Shown here piece after piece: positions 1 to 10,380 of a stretch of DNA of 64,000 bases. A program made the translations under genes and the position numbers. The DNA is from Candidatus Bathyarchaeia archaeon (GTDB lineage Archaea > Thermoproteota > Bathyarchaeia > 40CM-2-53-6). The stretch lies in NCBI GenBank assembly GCA_049513715.1, contig JBEKVV010000006.1:32001-96000 (forward strand). Reading direction: 5' to 3'. The notes under the pieces were generated by a model, which was given only the letters and a program-made list of their open reading frames with translations, ran no database searches and was not told the DNA's origin. Position 1 is the first letter of the stretch; the number at the start of each line of letters is the position of its first letter.

Positions 1-299
1 GAGTAAATGTTCCTGTAGATACCCAACGACTCCTCCTCGGGTTTCCGGGTTCTTCCGAAGAGGTAGTATTCGATCTCGTCCAGTGGTAATTCAAGCCTCG
101 GGCAGCTGTAATAACACACCTGGCATGCTGCGCACGGTCCTTTGATGACTGGTTCCTCGTTAGTGTTCACGTTCAGAACATTGATTGGGCAGGAGGCTAC
201 ACAGGCTCCGCACATCATGCAGTGGTTGGCGCGAACTACCTCGTTGAACAGGTGACCCCAGATTTTTGCATTCTTGGGGGGCGACCAACCATCAACCAT
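1..299 (-). CDS. Coenzyme F420 hydrogenase/dehydrogenase beta subunit family (FrhB/FdhB/FpoF-like), 3'-truncated by window edge
   Basis: Hand translation, absent from ORF track: MVDGWSPPKNAKIWGHLFNEVVRANHCMMCGACVASCP...GPCAACQVCYYSCPRL...LGIYRNIY. Two CxxCxxCxxxCP motifs followed by the typical 'LG.Y..IY' segment. Confidence 0.8.
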   Translation of the reverse strand, partial: MVDGWSPPKNAKIWGHLFNEVVRANHCMMCGACVASCPINVLNVNTNEEPVIKGPCAACQVCYYSCPRLELPLDEIEYYLFGRTRKPEEESLGIYRNIY

Positions 300-447
300 C
301 TATGTTGCACGCCCTGAAAGGTAGGTTTCCAGAACCACAAACCGTACATATGAATGCTTTGCGCCCATGGCTCCCGTTAACTTGGGCAAGCTTTGGGTTC
401 TTGGCCTTGGTCTTTCGACTTTTTGATTTCCTGCCTACTTCTGCCAT
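292..447 (-). CDS. Small basic hypothetical protein (51 aa) with CxxC
   Basis: MAEVGRKSKSRKTKAKNPKLAQVNGSHGRKAFICTVCGSGNLPFRACNIDG. Overlaps both neighbours by 8-13 nt, like an operon member. Confidence 0.4.
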   Translation of the reverse strand: MAEVGRKSKSRKTKAKNPKLAQVNGSHGRKAFICTVCGSGNLPFRACNIDG

Positions 448-689
448 AGTATTCGGGGGAGAATATGGATCGCAAGAAATCCCACTGCGACGATGCCCAG
501 CATGTATCCTGCGATGAGAAGAACTGTGACGAGAACGAATAATGACATACCCGTCAGGACACCGATTTGAGTTGTGGCAATGAAGTAAAAAATCAAGAAT
601 AATGAGAGCGCAACTGCGCCAAGTAACAGCAGTACTACCGCGAAACTCTTTTCGAGTAAACCTTCAAAACGATGTGTGCTAGCGCTCTT
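435..689 (-). CDS. Small membrane protein (~84 aa, 2-3 TM), start codon uncertain
   Basis: Open frame 701-435 directly after the TAG of the upstream gene: ..SASTHRFEGLLEKSFAVVLLLLGAVALSLFLIFYFIATTQIGVLTGMSLFVLVTVLLIAGYMLGIVAVGFLAIHILPRILWQK. No ATG/GTG/TTG before TM1; AAG at 689 follows SD-like GGATGTTGA. Confidence 0.6.
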   Translation of the reverse strand, partial: KSASTHRFEGLLEKSFAVVLLLLGAVALSLFLIFYFIATTQIGVLTGMSLFVLVTVLLIAGYMLGIVAVGFLAIHILPRILWQK

Positions 690-701
690 GTCTTCAACAT
701 C

Positions 702-1172
702 CTACGTTTTCGCGGCGGCGGTTTCTCGGGCCAACTTTTCGCCCGGTGAGCCTTTCCATGCACGCATCGTCTGCCACAGGTTGTATGCGTGCAAGTACAA
801 GGCAATGACTTGAATCAGAAGCGAGCCGGTGGCTATGTATTTCGTGTCGGGGCTGAATGGTAGAATCCCTGAGAATGACAATGTGAGGCCGATGACTCCG
901 ATGTTCATCAACCAGAACTGTAGATTCGCCATCTTGAGGCTGTGAAGAAAGCCGTGGGCAAAGGAGGGAACGAATAGGTAGGATAAGCCGAAGACCATCA
1001 TGGCCACGAATCCGTATAGCTGCATGAAGTAGAAGGCCGTCATCTCAAAAGGCAACAAGCGAGAGAAAGAAAGAAGCATCAATGTTCCGCCGGCGACAAG
1101 GTAGAGGAGGCTTGCCTTCACGTAGCGCAGGCTCAGACGCATGACAACTGCAGTCGTGGGACCTTGGGCCAA
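702..1172 (-). CDS. Four-TM membrane protein (resembles small haem-copper-oxidase-subunit-I-like/NnrS-like repeat proteins)
   Basis: Four hydrophobic helices and the motif LYGFVAMMVFGLSYLFVP..QFWLMNIG; family assignment tentative. Confidence 0.55.
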   Translation of the reverse strand: MAQGPTTAVVMRLSLRYVKASLLYLVAGGTLMLLSFSRLLPFEMTAFYFMQLYGFVAMMVFGLSYLFVPSFAHGFLHSLKMANLQFWLMNIGVIGLTLSFSGILPFSPDTKYIATGSLLIQVIALYLHAYNLWQTMRAWKGSPGEKLARETAAAKT

Positions 1173-1335
1173 TGTGAATCATCTGTTTGGCGGAGCAGCC
1201 TTTCAGATATGTTTGTCTGCTATGTTATGACCTCAAGGCTGTACCGACAAGGCCCAGCTTGAAACATAGACGCCCCCCTCCTTGAGCAGGGAGCTTCTGG
1301 TCGATTGGTCTGATATCGTAGGGGGGGGTCAGGGC

Positions 1336-2769
1336 TCAAAATAGGGCTTGTGTGCGAAGGGCTCTCAGAGATTCCTCCACGGCAATGATTGTCTCATCAA
1401 TTTCATGTTCAGTGTGAACTGCTGAAATGGACAGTCGTTCTAACCCATCTGGATGCATGTACACGCCGTGCTTTAGCATCTCGTTCCTAAAGCGTTTGTA
1501 CTTCTCGCCGTCCGCTTGAATTGCTTGCCTGTACGTTGAGACTTTCTTTAGCCTGGTGAAGTAAATTGATAGCAAAGGACCTACAGCATTGATCACGACA
1601 TTGTAACCAGCTGCGTGGAAGGTTTCCTCTAGTCTCGTCTTGAGTTTTGAACCGAGGTCAGCCATCCGGCGAAAGGCTTCACCATCATTCGCGAGCAGGG
1701 TTTGCAAAGTAGCCTTTGAAGCAGCAAGAGACAGAGGGTGAGCATTGTATGTTCCGCCGAAGCCTATTCTGCCTGGTCCGACTTGGCTCAACAAGTCTCT
1801 CCGTCCGGCGACGGCTGCAATCGGGGCGCCTCCTCCTAGCGCCTTTGCATAGCATGCGAGGTCAGGCTTGACTCCGTAGAATTCCTGTGCGCCTCCTTTC
1901 GCGAGCCTGAAGCCGGTGAGGACCTCGTCGAAGATTAGAAGAGTATCATATTTGATGGTCAGTTCGCGCAATTGTTTGAGGTAGTCAGCATCAGGTGGGA
2001 TCACGCCCTGACTGCACATTACGGGTTCGGTTATTACGGCTGCGATGTCAGTGTTGTTCTTTTTCAGCAAACGTTCAAGGCCTGCTACGTTGTTCCATGG
2101 AGCCACAATGACGGTTTTTGCAATTTCCTCAGGGATACCTGGGAAGTACGGAAGCTTAGCTGGACTGGATTCTAGCCCCGAGACGGGTGACGGGGAGTCT
2201 ACGCTGAACAGGACGTAGTCGTGATGGCCGTGATAATGCCCTTCAAACTTAACCAGCTTGTCCTTACCAGTAACCGCTCTTGCAATGCGCAATGCTTCCA
2301 TTGTTGCCTCTGTTCCAGAATTAGCGAATGTAACCATCTCAGCGCATGGAACTATGGTCGTAATCAACTTCGCAAGCTCAATCTCGCGCTCCGTCGTGGT
2401 TCCGAACATTATTCCTTCTTGCAACTGTTCTTCAATTTCAGCAATAATCCTGGGGTGCCGGTGACCGAGAATCAAAGCCCCATAAGCCATAAGATAATCG
2501 ATGTATCTGTTCCCATCGACATCCCAAACTCTGGCTCCCTTTCCTCTACTGAAGATTATCGGGGACGGATCGTGCATATGAACTCGAACGTTCGAGGACG
2601 CGCCCGAAGGCAGATACTTCTTCGCCTCTTCGTACAGTAGCTCAGATTTTTGCGTTGAAAATGCCTTCTCGCGCACAACGTTTGCGGGGAGAAAAAGTCT
2701 GCGCTCGGTAACAGTCTTCGGCTCTTCCGGACGTACGACGACTTGAGGCACTTCTAACATCTCCTTCAC
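1336..2769 (-). CDS. Class-III PLP aminotransferase, glutamate-1-semialdehyde aminomutase-like
   Basis: WDVDGNRYIDY, NSGTEATM, KFEGHYHG, LIFDEVLTGFR, AKALGGG, GTYNAHP motifs. Confidence 0.85.
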   Translation of the reverse strand: MKEMLEVPQVVVRPEEPKTVTERRLFLPANVVREKAFSTQKSELLYEEAKKYLPSGASSNVRVHMHDPSPIIFSRGKGARVWDVDGNRYIDYLMAYGALILGHRHPRIIAEIEEQLQEGIMFGTTTEREIELAKLITTIVPCAEMVTFANSGTEATMEALRIARAVTGKDKLVKFEGHYHGHHDYVLFSVDSPSPVSGLESSPAKLPYFPGIPEEIAKTVIVAPWNNVAGLERLLKKNNTDIAAVITEPVMCSQGVIPPDADYLKQLRELTIKYDTLLIFDEVLTGFRLAKGGAQEFYGVKPDLACYAKALGGGAPIAAVAGRRDLLSQVGPGRIGFGGTYNAHPLSLAASKATLQTLLANDGEAFRRMADLGSKLKTRLEETFHAAGYNVVINAVGPLLSIYFTRLKKVSTYRQAIQADGEKYKRFRNEMLKHGVYMHPDGLERLSISAVHTEHEIDETIIAVEESLRALRTQALF

Positions 2770-3192
2770 ACCAAAGACTACCTTATCCTACCATATAGGT
2801 TAGTATTATGGTACGCTCGCTCATTTTTAGCATTTTTTAGCCTCAAAACTGCGTTTTCTGGCTCAAAAGTGTACAGCTAAAGTTGAATCCAAGAGAATTC
2901 ATGATGAAGTTGAATCTTTCGAGTGAAACTTTGACTATACAATTCAGATTGAACTGTTCGTAATTGATGGAAATCAAGTTGAACAAAAGCAGAACAAAGC
3001 ACTGTCCCCTCTGCTACAGTTCGACAGATTCGGGTGAGATCGTTCATCTTGTTTTGAGCGCTCTTCACACTCGTTATCTACCGCGCAGCCCTTCCTGACT
3101 ACGATTGCCCGTTAAAGTTCTCAACAATTGGCGCTCAGGTGGTGTGGGCCTACGTCTAGGTTGAGAAGACAGGGCTCTAGTTTGGTCTTCAA

Positions 3193-4386
3193 ATGAGAAC
3201 TCTCGTTATCGGGGCTGCGGGTCAGATAGGGGCATATACCGTTCAGGATTTGGTTGAGTTCTATAACGCGGACATCATAGCGGCCGACCGAAGGCTAGCG
3301 AACCTGAAGAAAGCCATGGTCGACTTGGAACTCGCTGACAAAATCAAAACTATGGAGCTCGAAGCCGACAACATCGACGCTGTAGCAAAGGCCGTGAAAT
3401 CAGAAGGCATCGAAACAGTCGTAAACTGCGCTTGGTACCAAACAAACCTGTCCGTCATGGAGGCATGTCTACGAGCTGGCGCCCATTACACTGACCTAGG
3501 CGGTCTCTTCGACACAACCCTGAAACAACTTCAGCTTTATGAAAAGTGGAGAAAAGCGGGAATCAATGCCACCATCGGTTTAGGTAGCACGCCTGGGCTT
3601 ACGAATATTGCCTCAGCAGCCGGTGCAGCAAAACTCGAGCGGGTCGACACGATCAACATTTACTGCTCGTGGGGAGACACTCTCCCAGTCAAAGAGGCAG
3701 GATGGCCTAGCTACTCAATACGGACCGTGATGGACGAATTCACCCAAGAACCGGTGATGTGGCTGGACGGGCGGCACGTAAAGCAACCCGTGCTTTCTGG
3801 TGAGACGACGGTCACCATGCAAGAGCCGGTCGGCAAAATCACAGCCTATTACGTGTAACATTCCGAACCTGCAACCTTGGGGAAATATGTCGGTAAGGGC
3901 TGCCGAAACGTAACATTCCGAATAGGGTTCCCAAGCACCGACTTCGCCACCTTCAAGACCCTCAAGAACCTAGGCTTCGCAGAAACCGAAGGAGTCCAAG
4001 TGGGCGGCATTCAGGTTTCGCCCCTCGATTATCTGACGGCGATGTATCAACGAGCCAGCGCAAAATCGAGGCAAGACGCTCCGCGACGCGAAGAATACGA
4101 ATACGACGCGTTCAAGATTGATGTTTTTGGAACTCGCGGAGGTTCTCCTACAACAGTTACGTACCACATAATCACTTGGAACGATCCCCGGAGAGGAATA
4201 CCTTCAGCACGAGACACATCAGTACCACCTGCGGTGGTCACACAATGGCAGGCGACTGGGAAAATCAAGGAATCAGGAGTATTTCCCGCTGAAGCCACAG
4301 TTAACCCTGAACCGTTCTTCATGGAGATGGGAAAGAGGAAAATCAGGGTAGAGGAACACTTCACGGAAACAAAGAAGTTCTACTGA
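3193..4386 (+). pseudogene. Saccharopine dehydrogenase/lysine-6-dehydrogenase-like oxidoreductase interrupted by one in-frame TAA (3856-3858)
   Basis: Rossmann start LVIGAAGQIG, HYTDLGG, GLGSTPGLTN. ORFs 3193-3858 and 3877-4386 are in the same frame: AYYV*HSEPATLG; C-terminus GVFPAE. Confidence 0.75.
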
Positions 4387-4555
4387 GCAGTAGACGCGTG
4401 AACGTACCCTAGATAGCGTCGATATCGGCGATATACCATATATAGACGCCTTGGAAGCGCGGGAGCTTGATAATTAAGTTCTCACGGTTTGTCGACTCGC
4501 CTGAAAACTGTTAAAGGCCAGATACCAACAATCATGCTCAACTGGAAGGCCTCAA

Positions 4556-6424
4556 ATGCGAGTCAAGTTTCGTTTGAGCCGTGCAGCCATCGGAAGAACC
4601 CAAGGCATTGTAATTATCTTGGTGCTGTTGGTTGCTATCGCCGGAGCCGCTTACTTCTATTCCACAAGCAAGATTTCAACAGGAGGGACAACTTCAACCG
4701 GTCAAACCCCCACGTCGCTGGTGGTGGAAGAGGAAAGTCAACCAGATTCAATGGACCCAGCAGTTTCATACACAACGCCTGGCTGGGAAATTGTTGAGCA
4801 AGTCTATCAAGGACTCGTAGCTCCAGATGGCACGAGCTACAACACTTACATCGGGGTTCTCGCGCGAGACTGGACAGTTTCCTCAGACGCAATGACTTAC
4901 ACATTTACATTGAGGTCAGGCGTGACGTTCAGCAATGGGGATCCATTCAACGCGTATGTAATGTGGTTCTCAATTTACAGGGCTCTCTTGATGAATCAAG
5001 AGCCCTCTTGGATTCTCGGTCAAAATTTGGCCCACGGAAACGGTGCAGACTTCAACATAACCGACAATATACTCAACTCCATAGACTACGCGAATCCATC
5101 TTCCCAAGACTTGGCCTATATGACTGCGTCGAATCAATCCGTGCAAGCTAGCGCGCCAAATCAACTGATAATACATCTTGGCTACGGTTACAATGGGATG
5201 GCTCCTTACTCCGCATTTCTAGCCACTCTTAGTACACCCATAGCCATGGCCATTGACCCACAGGTTATGAAGGCAAATGGCGGAGTGCTTGCAGACGAGC
5301 GGAACAATTGGATGGAAACTCACGCAATTGGCACCAGCTTCTTTGAACTGCAATCGTGGATTCAAGGACAGAGCATAACGCTGATTAGAAATCAGAATTA
5401 CTGGGGGGCGAATGTTCCAGTAGCTGAGCGCAACTATGCGATACAACCCGCTATCCTTGACACAGTAAACTTCTACTACAAACCCACGTCCACAATGATT
5501 GCTGATTTGAAGGCTAACACTGCTCAGATCATCCTTCCGCCTTCATCACAGTATGGCGCTCTGAAACAAACACAAGGTGTTAGCGTGTCAATTCTGCCGA
5601 CGGCATTCGGGTCATCACAGAGCATCGTCTTCGTATACATGGACCCCTATGCCTTTCCGCCTTTTCAAGACCGCCGGGTCAGACAAGCAATTTCCTACGC
5701 GATTGACTACAAATCCATAATTCACACAGTCTTCAATGACTTGGCAACTCAATGGATAGGCCCTGTTCCACCAGGCTTCCCTTACTACAATGAATCGATA
5801 CAGGGGCTGCAACCCTACCAGTTTGATCCCGTCAAAGCTGCCACCTTACTCTCTGAAGCCGGTTACAAATCCACTCTTCCAGATGGCACTGTGATGAATG
5901 CAGCCGGCAAAGTTTTCCCATCGGTTAACTTCCTCTACGACGCAGATTCATCCACTCAATCACAGGTTGCTGAAATCATATCAACTGAACTGCATTCGAT
6001 CGGCGTCAACATTGCGCTTACGCCTCTCACATTCAAGCAGTATGCAAACGTTGTAAGCTCCTCTAGCGACGTGAACAGCACCACCTACCCATTTGGCATA
6101 AGTTACTATAGTGAAGACTACACCGCGAGCATAGATTACGTTTCGGCTGAAACCCAGACAGGACAGATAGGATTCTCAGCGTTTTACAACCAGACTGTCT
6201 ACGACTGGACGACTGCAGCGGCCACGGCTCTCGACGAGAACACTATAATCGAAAACTTCCGCCTGATCACTGGAGCCATGTATTACGACTACACCGACAT
6301 ATGGCTGTACGTGCCTTACTTCATAGCAGCGAACAGAAGCAACGTAGTCGGCATGGTCCCCAATCCTGCAGGTTCTGGTATGGGGTACTTCATGTTCTAC
6401 AACACCATACACTACACCTCGTAG
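4556..6424 (+). CDS. Peptide/nickel-family (SBP family 5) ABC substrate-binding protein
   Basis: N-terminal TM plus Thr/Ser linker, SMDPAVSY, LARDWTVSSD.TYTFTLRSGVTFSNGDPF, PFQDRRVRQAISYAID. Confidence 0.9.
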   Translation: MRVKFRLSRAAIGRTQGIVIILVLLVAIAGAAYFYSTSKISTGGTTSTGQTPTSLVVEEESQPDSMDPAVSYTTPGWEIVEQVYQGLVAPDGTSYNTYIGVLARDWTVSSDAMTYTFTLRSGVTFSNGDPFNAYVMWFSIYRALLMNQEPSWILGQNLAHGNGADFNITDNILNSIDYANPSSQDLAYMTASNQSVQASAPNQLIIHLGYGYNGMAPYSAFLATLSTPIAMAIDPQVMKANGGVLADERNNWMETHAIGTSFFELQSWIQGQSITLIRNQNYWGANVPVAERNYAIQPAILDTVNFYYKPTSTMIADLKANTAQIILPPSSQYGALKQTQGVSVSILPTAFGSSQSIVFVYMDPYAFPPFQDRRVRQAISYAIDYKSIIHTVFNDLATQWIGPVPPGFPYYNESIQGLQPYQFDPVKAATLLSEAGYKSTLPDGTVMNAAGKVFPSVNFLYDADSSTQSQVAEIISTELHSIGVNIALTPLTFKQYANVVSSSSDVNSTTYPFGISYYSEDYTASIDYVSAETQTGQIGFSAFYNQTVYDWTTAAATALDENTIIENFRLITGAMYYDYTDIWLYVPYFIAANRSNVVGMVPNPAGSGMGYFMFYNTIHYTS

Positions 6425-6434
6425 ATGAGAGCTC

Positions 6435-7481
6435 CTGGTTTACCTCAAGGACTTTCTATCACTTCTTGCAAAACGAATAGTGGGATCAATAGGAGTTTCG
6501 CTCGGAACAATTACAATAATTTTCTTCATCTCACACGTGCTCAGCCCAAACCCAGCTCGCCTTTGGGCTGGACCTAGGGCAAAGGCTTCAACCGTCATTG
6601 CCGTTGCAGCGAGGTACCACTTGAACGACCCGCTCTATACTCAATTCTACTATTTCTTGCGTGATCTCCTGACCGGGAATTTCGGAATCGATCCATTAAG
6701 TGGCCAGCCGATTCTGTCTGAGATAGTCTTCTACCTTCCAAACACACTTGAGCTGGTACTGGTTTCGTTCGTGATCCTGATAATCGTTGGAATTGGTTTG
6801 GGATACCTGTCTGGGATGCGCTTTAGCACTACTGCCGATTCCATAATCAGAGTCATTTATCTGACGTCGTGGTCGACTCCAATGTATTTCGCGGCAATTC
6901 TTGCAATCTTGGTTTTCGCAACTTACATTCCCCTCTTTCCGTCTGGTGGGATGTATTCGCTGTCTCTCACACCAGTCCACCCTATAACCGGGATCTATAT
7001 CGTAGATTCTCTTCTACAACTAAATATGCCTGCTCTGTTATCTGGCCTTCAGCATCTCGTGCTGCCGGCTGCGGTGCTTGCTTTTGTGAACTTCGGTTTG
7101 ATATCGAGAGCAGTGCGATCTTCTATACTGAATGTGAGATGGTCAACGCATGTGAAAACTGCACGAGCAAAAGGGTTGAGTGAAGCCGAAGTTAAGCGAA
7201 AACACATTCTCAGGAATGCATTGATTGACGCCACAAGTCTAAGCGCCGTTTTGTTTGGGTGGCTCTTGACGGGAACCGTTGTTGTAGAGGAGCTGTTCGC
7301 ATGGCCCGGATTGGGGCAGTTTGCCTACCAAGCTATTTACGCCAACGATTACCCGGTTCTAATCCCGATAGTTGTGGTATTTACACTCGGAGTGATCGTG
7401 GCCAATTTTGCCGCGGATGTACTCTACTCACTGCTCGATCCAAGGATAGCAATGGGTGCTCAAAGTGGCGCAGTCGCTTAA
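6435..7481 (+). CDS. Peptide ABC permease DppB/OppB-like
   Basis: NTLELV, TARAKGL (EAA loop), VVEELFAWPGLG, DVLYSLLDPRI. Frame extends upstream of the 6480 GTG (LVYLKDFLSLLAKRI); CTG at 6435 after AGATGA is the likely start. Confidence 0.88.
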   Translation: MVYLKDFLSLLAKRIVGSIGVSLGTITIIFFISHVLSPNPARLWAGPRAKASTVIAVAARYHLNDPLYTQFYYFLRDLLTGNFGIDPLSGQPILSEIVFYLPNTLELVLVSFVILIIVGIGLGYLSGMRFSTTADSIIRVIYLTSWSTPMYFAAILAILVFATYIPLFPSGGMYSLSLTPVHPITGIYIVDSLLQLNMPALLSGLQHLVLPAAVLAFVNFGLISRAVRSSILNVRWSTHVKTARAKGLSEAEVKRKHILRNALIDATSLSAVLFGWLLTGTVVVEELFAWPGLGQFAYQAIYANDYPVLIPIVVVFTLGVIVANFAADVLYSLLDPRIAMGAQSGAVA

Positions 7482-8403
7482 GTTCAGGCAATTAATTCTT
7501 TCGAACAGTCTATCAACGCTAGGTCTGGTCATCGTAATCATATCGGTCACATTTGCCGTGCTATTCAGTGTTTTTGGTAGAGGAATCACACCTTACGACC
7601 CGTATGCCCTCAACCTCCAACAATCCAATCTACCCCCAAACGCGTCCCATTTCTTTGGCACGGACTTTCAAGGTAGAGACATATTTTCCAGAGTAATCGC
7701 AGCCCTGCCGGTCGACCTCGGCATACCGATTGCAATCGTCCTACTCTCGTCCGTGTTGGGCATATTTCTCGGGATGGCCGCTGGTTACTTAGGAGGCGCA
7801 GTCGACGAGGTCATCATGAGAGTTACGGACCTGTTCATGGCTTTTCCAACCATAATAATGGTACTGGCTGTCGCGGCGACACTTGGTTCGGGCCTCGTGA
7901 ATGCCACGCTGTCATTCGTGTTCGTTTGGTGGCCCCCCTACGTCAGATTAGTTAGAGGTGGCGTGCTCGAGGTAGCTGCCGAAGATTACATCGCCATCTC
8001 GAAAGCATTGAATTCATCTTTTCCCTACATAATGGTGAAAGGCATTCTTCCAAACATCCTGCCGGCAGTCCTGACCTACGCAACTCTTGATGTCGGAACC
8101 GCACTTCTTGAAGTCTCTATCCTTGGCTTCCTCGGTGTTGGAATTCCGCCCGGGACTCCTGAGCTCGGTGTGATGGTGGGGTCAATCAGCTACAATTTGT
8201 ATAGTTACCCATGGGAGGCTATATTTCCAGCCTTGGTGACAATGGTTCTTGCAGTTGGTTTCAGTTTCATGGGAGAGGGCGCAAGAGAAGCTTCTGACGT
8301 GAAGGTTAGGCCCTACATTCTCTTTAGAGGTAAAGCGTTCAAACAGAAGGCGAAAGCACCCCAAAAAGAGCCGATATCAGTTACCCAGCCGGGTGCGACC
8401 TGA
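7456..8403 (+). CDS. Peptide ABC permease DppC/OppC-like
   Basis: HFFGTDFQGRDIFSR, IMRVTDLFMAFP, LGFLGVG. Confidence 0.88.
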   Translation: MLKVAQSLKFRQLILSNSLSTLGLVIVIISVTFAVLFSVFGRGITPYDPYALNLQQSNLPPNASHFFGTDFQGRDIFSRVIAALPVDLGIPIAIVLLSSVLGIFLGMAAGYLGGAVDEVIMRVTDLFMAFPTIIMVLAVAATLGSGLVNATLSFVFVWWPPYVRLVRGGVLEVAAEDYIAISKALNSSFPYIMVKGILPNILPAVLTYATLDVGTALLEVSILGFLGVGIPPGTPELGVMVGSISYNLYSYPWEAIFPALVTMVLAVGFSFMGEGAREASDVKVRPYILFRGKAFKQKAKAPQKEPISVTQPGAT

Positions 8404-9382
8404 GTTGCTCTTTCCGCGTTCCATTTCCGTCATATAGATGGCACGCGGCAAATCGGTCTGAACCTAGGCTAAACATCGGTGGGGGATTCACGCATTTTTC
8501 GAACGCCTCGGGACAAACTTTGCTGTATATGCAGCCAGTTGGCGCTGGCCCCTGTTCACTCAAAACCTCCTGCTTGCGTTCAGCTCGCTTGAGGTTCGGA
8601 ACATTCGCCATCAGTTTCTTTGTATACGGGTGCTTAGGATTCGTGACTACATCAACGGTTTTTCCCACTTCGACAAGTTTTCCGTAGTAGAGGATTCCGA
8701 GCGAGTTGCTCATGTACTTGATGACATTGATATCGTGAGTGATGAACAAGAAAGAGAGCTGCAACTCTGACTTCAATTTACGGAGTGTGTTCAAGACTTG
8801 GGCTTGGATCGACACGTCCAATGAACTTGTGGGTTCGTCAAGCACCAGCAATTTTCTCGGTACGACAAGCGCTCTTGCAAGGCTCACTCTCTGCTTCTCA
8901 CCGCCGCTAAGCTCTCTCGGATAGGCCTCGATACTGCTCTTCCTCAAGCCAACGATCTCGATCATTGTCTCTATTCTGCTGCCGAAGTCTCTTCTCGCAA
9001 AAGCTTTCGAGGCTAGTAGAGCTTCAGCGAATATCTCTCGAACCTTCGAACGTGGGTTCAAAGAACCAACTGGATCCTGGAAAACTATTCCGACGTTGCG
9101 TCTCAGATAGGCTATGTCTTCCTTTCTTCGGAAGTTTATTTCTTTGCCCAGCAGCTTGATGGATCCCGACCTGGGCCGGTATAGGCCAACTAGGACTCTG
9201 GCTATCGTCGATTTGCCGGAACCAGTCTCCCCGGCTAACCCGAAACTCTCTCCTTCCCTAACACGGAAAGAGGCATTGTCAACAGCGTTTATCATTCTCG
9301 AACCCCTCTCGAATAAGAAAGAGCCTCCTCCCCTTGCTCTAAAGGTAACAGTGAGGTTATCCGCTTCAACGATGTTGCTCAT
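8381..9382 (-). CDS. Peptide ABC ATPase DppF/OppF-like
   Basis: GETGSGKST, LSGGEKQR, LDEPTSSLD, HPYT, Cys-containing C-terminus; ATG at 9382 couples to the upstream TGA. Confidence 0.9.
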   Translation of the reverse strand: MSNIVEADNLTVTFRARGGGSFLFERGSRMINAVDNASFRVREGESFGLAGETGSGKSTIARVLVGLYRPRSGSIKLLGKEINFRRKEDIAYLRRNVGIVFQDPVGSLNPRSKVREIFAEALLASKAFARRDFGSRIETMIEIVGLRKSSIEAYPRELSGGEKQRVSLARALVVPRKLLVLDEPTSSLDVSIQAQVLNTLRKLKSELQLSFLFITHDINVIKYMSNSLGILYYGKLVEVGKTVDVVTNPKHPYTKKLMANVPNLKRAERKQEVLSEQGPAPTGCIYSKVCPEAFEKCVNPPPMFSLGSDRFAACHLYDGNGTRKEQLRSHPAG

Positions 9383-10380
9383 TTCTTTTCTACCAGCCAA
9401 CATGAAACCCGGCGACCGTCAGCAAGCTCAAGAGGGGGCGGTTCATTCTGCGCACATTTGTCCATCACAAATGGGCACCTAGGGTGGAATTTGCAGCCGG
9501 TTGGTAATCTTCTGAGATCTGGAGCCTCACCAGTAGGGGCAGGTAGCGGTGGGGAATCAATGAAACCTTGCGGAATCGCAGCCATGAGTTTCTGGGTGTA
9601 GGGATGTATGGGGGCATTGATCACGTCCTCAGATTTTCCCTCTTCCATCAGCCTGCCCGCATACATGACGTACAACTTGTCACAAATCTGTGAGGCAACT
9701 GTCAAGTCATGCGTGATGAGTATCATAGTTGTTCCTGTTCGGCGATTCAAGTCCTTGAGTATATTCAACATCCTGTTCTGAATGTAAACATCAAGTCCAG
9801 TGGTTACCTCATCCAATATCAGCAGTCTTGGCTTCTCTACTATGGCCATTGCTATCGATATGCGCTGTCTCATTCCGCCCGACAGTTCGTGAGGATACTT
9901 CCTCAGGACAACTTCTGGTTTGTCAAGGCGCAAATCTTTGAGAATCTCAATCATCATGTTGGCTTCAGTGCTTGGAGTGAGATCCAACTTCTGGGCCTTT
10001 CGTAGAACTTCTATCGACTCTCGGAGTTGTGCTTCAGTCTTGTAAACAGGGTTCAGCGCTGCGAGAGATTCTTGGAATACCATGCCAATTCCGGTCCCTC
10101 TAAATCGTGATATTTCAACGGGATTCATTTTGCGCATATCATGCCCTTCGAAAACTATGGAGCCATCAATGATATCTGCGGGCGGGGAGTCCAATAGACC
10201 GATTATCGCTAGCCCAAGCGTCGTCTTCCCTGAGCCGCTCTCGCCAACAACACCGATTATCTCTCCTTTCTTTACTCTCAACGCGACATTCTCTAGGACA
10301 CGCACCCTACCATCGACAGTCGCGTAATCCATTGTGAGGCCGTCAACATTCAGAAGCTCATCATCGGTAGTGCTAGACGA
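9379..10380 (-). CDS. Peptide ABC ATPase DppD/OppD-like
   Basis: GESGSGKTT, YPHELSGGMRQR, GCKFHPRCP. Frame extends upstream of ATG 10332 to SSSTTDDELLNVDGLT; start is non-canonical (TCG 10380 or CTG 10353). Confidence 0.88.
   Translation of the reverse strand, partial: SSSTTDDELLNVDGLTMDYATVDGRVRVLENVALRVKKGEIIGVVGESGSGKTTLGLAIIGLLDSPPADIIDGSIVFEGHDMRKMNPVEISRFRGTGIGMVFQESLAALNPVYKTEAQLRESIEVLRKAQKLDLTPSTEANMMIEILKDLRLDKPEVVLRKYPHELSGGMRQRISIAMAIVEKPRLLILDEVTTGLDVYIQNRMLNILKDLNRRTGTTMILITHDLTVASQICDKLYVMYAGRLMEEGKSEDVINAPIHPYTQKLMAAIPQGFIDSPPLPAPTGEAPDLRRLPTGCKFHPRCPFVMDKCAQNEPPPLELADGRRVSCWLVEKK

Noticed and set aside
435..1172. TAG readthrough (pyrrolysine-type recoding) fusing 702-1172 to the in-frame membrane ORF
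   Set aside because: TAG ends many genes at their family C-termini here (both metallophosphoesterases, the SBP, chdC) and no pyl genes are in the window; a separate SD-led start explains it more simply.
1336..2769. Calling this gene or 17449-18816 hemL
   Set aside because: Both are GSA-aminomutase-like but lie in amine-catabolic context far from the haem cluster; orthology cannot be decided by eye.
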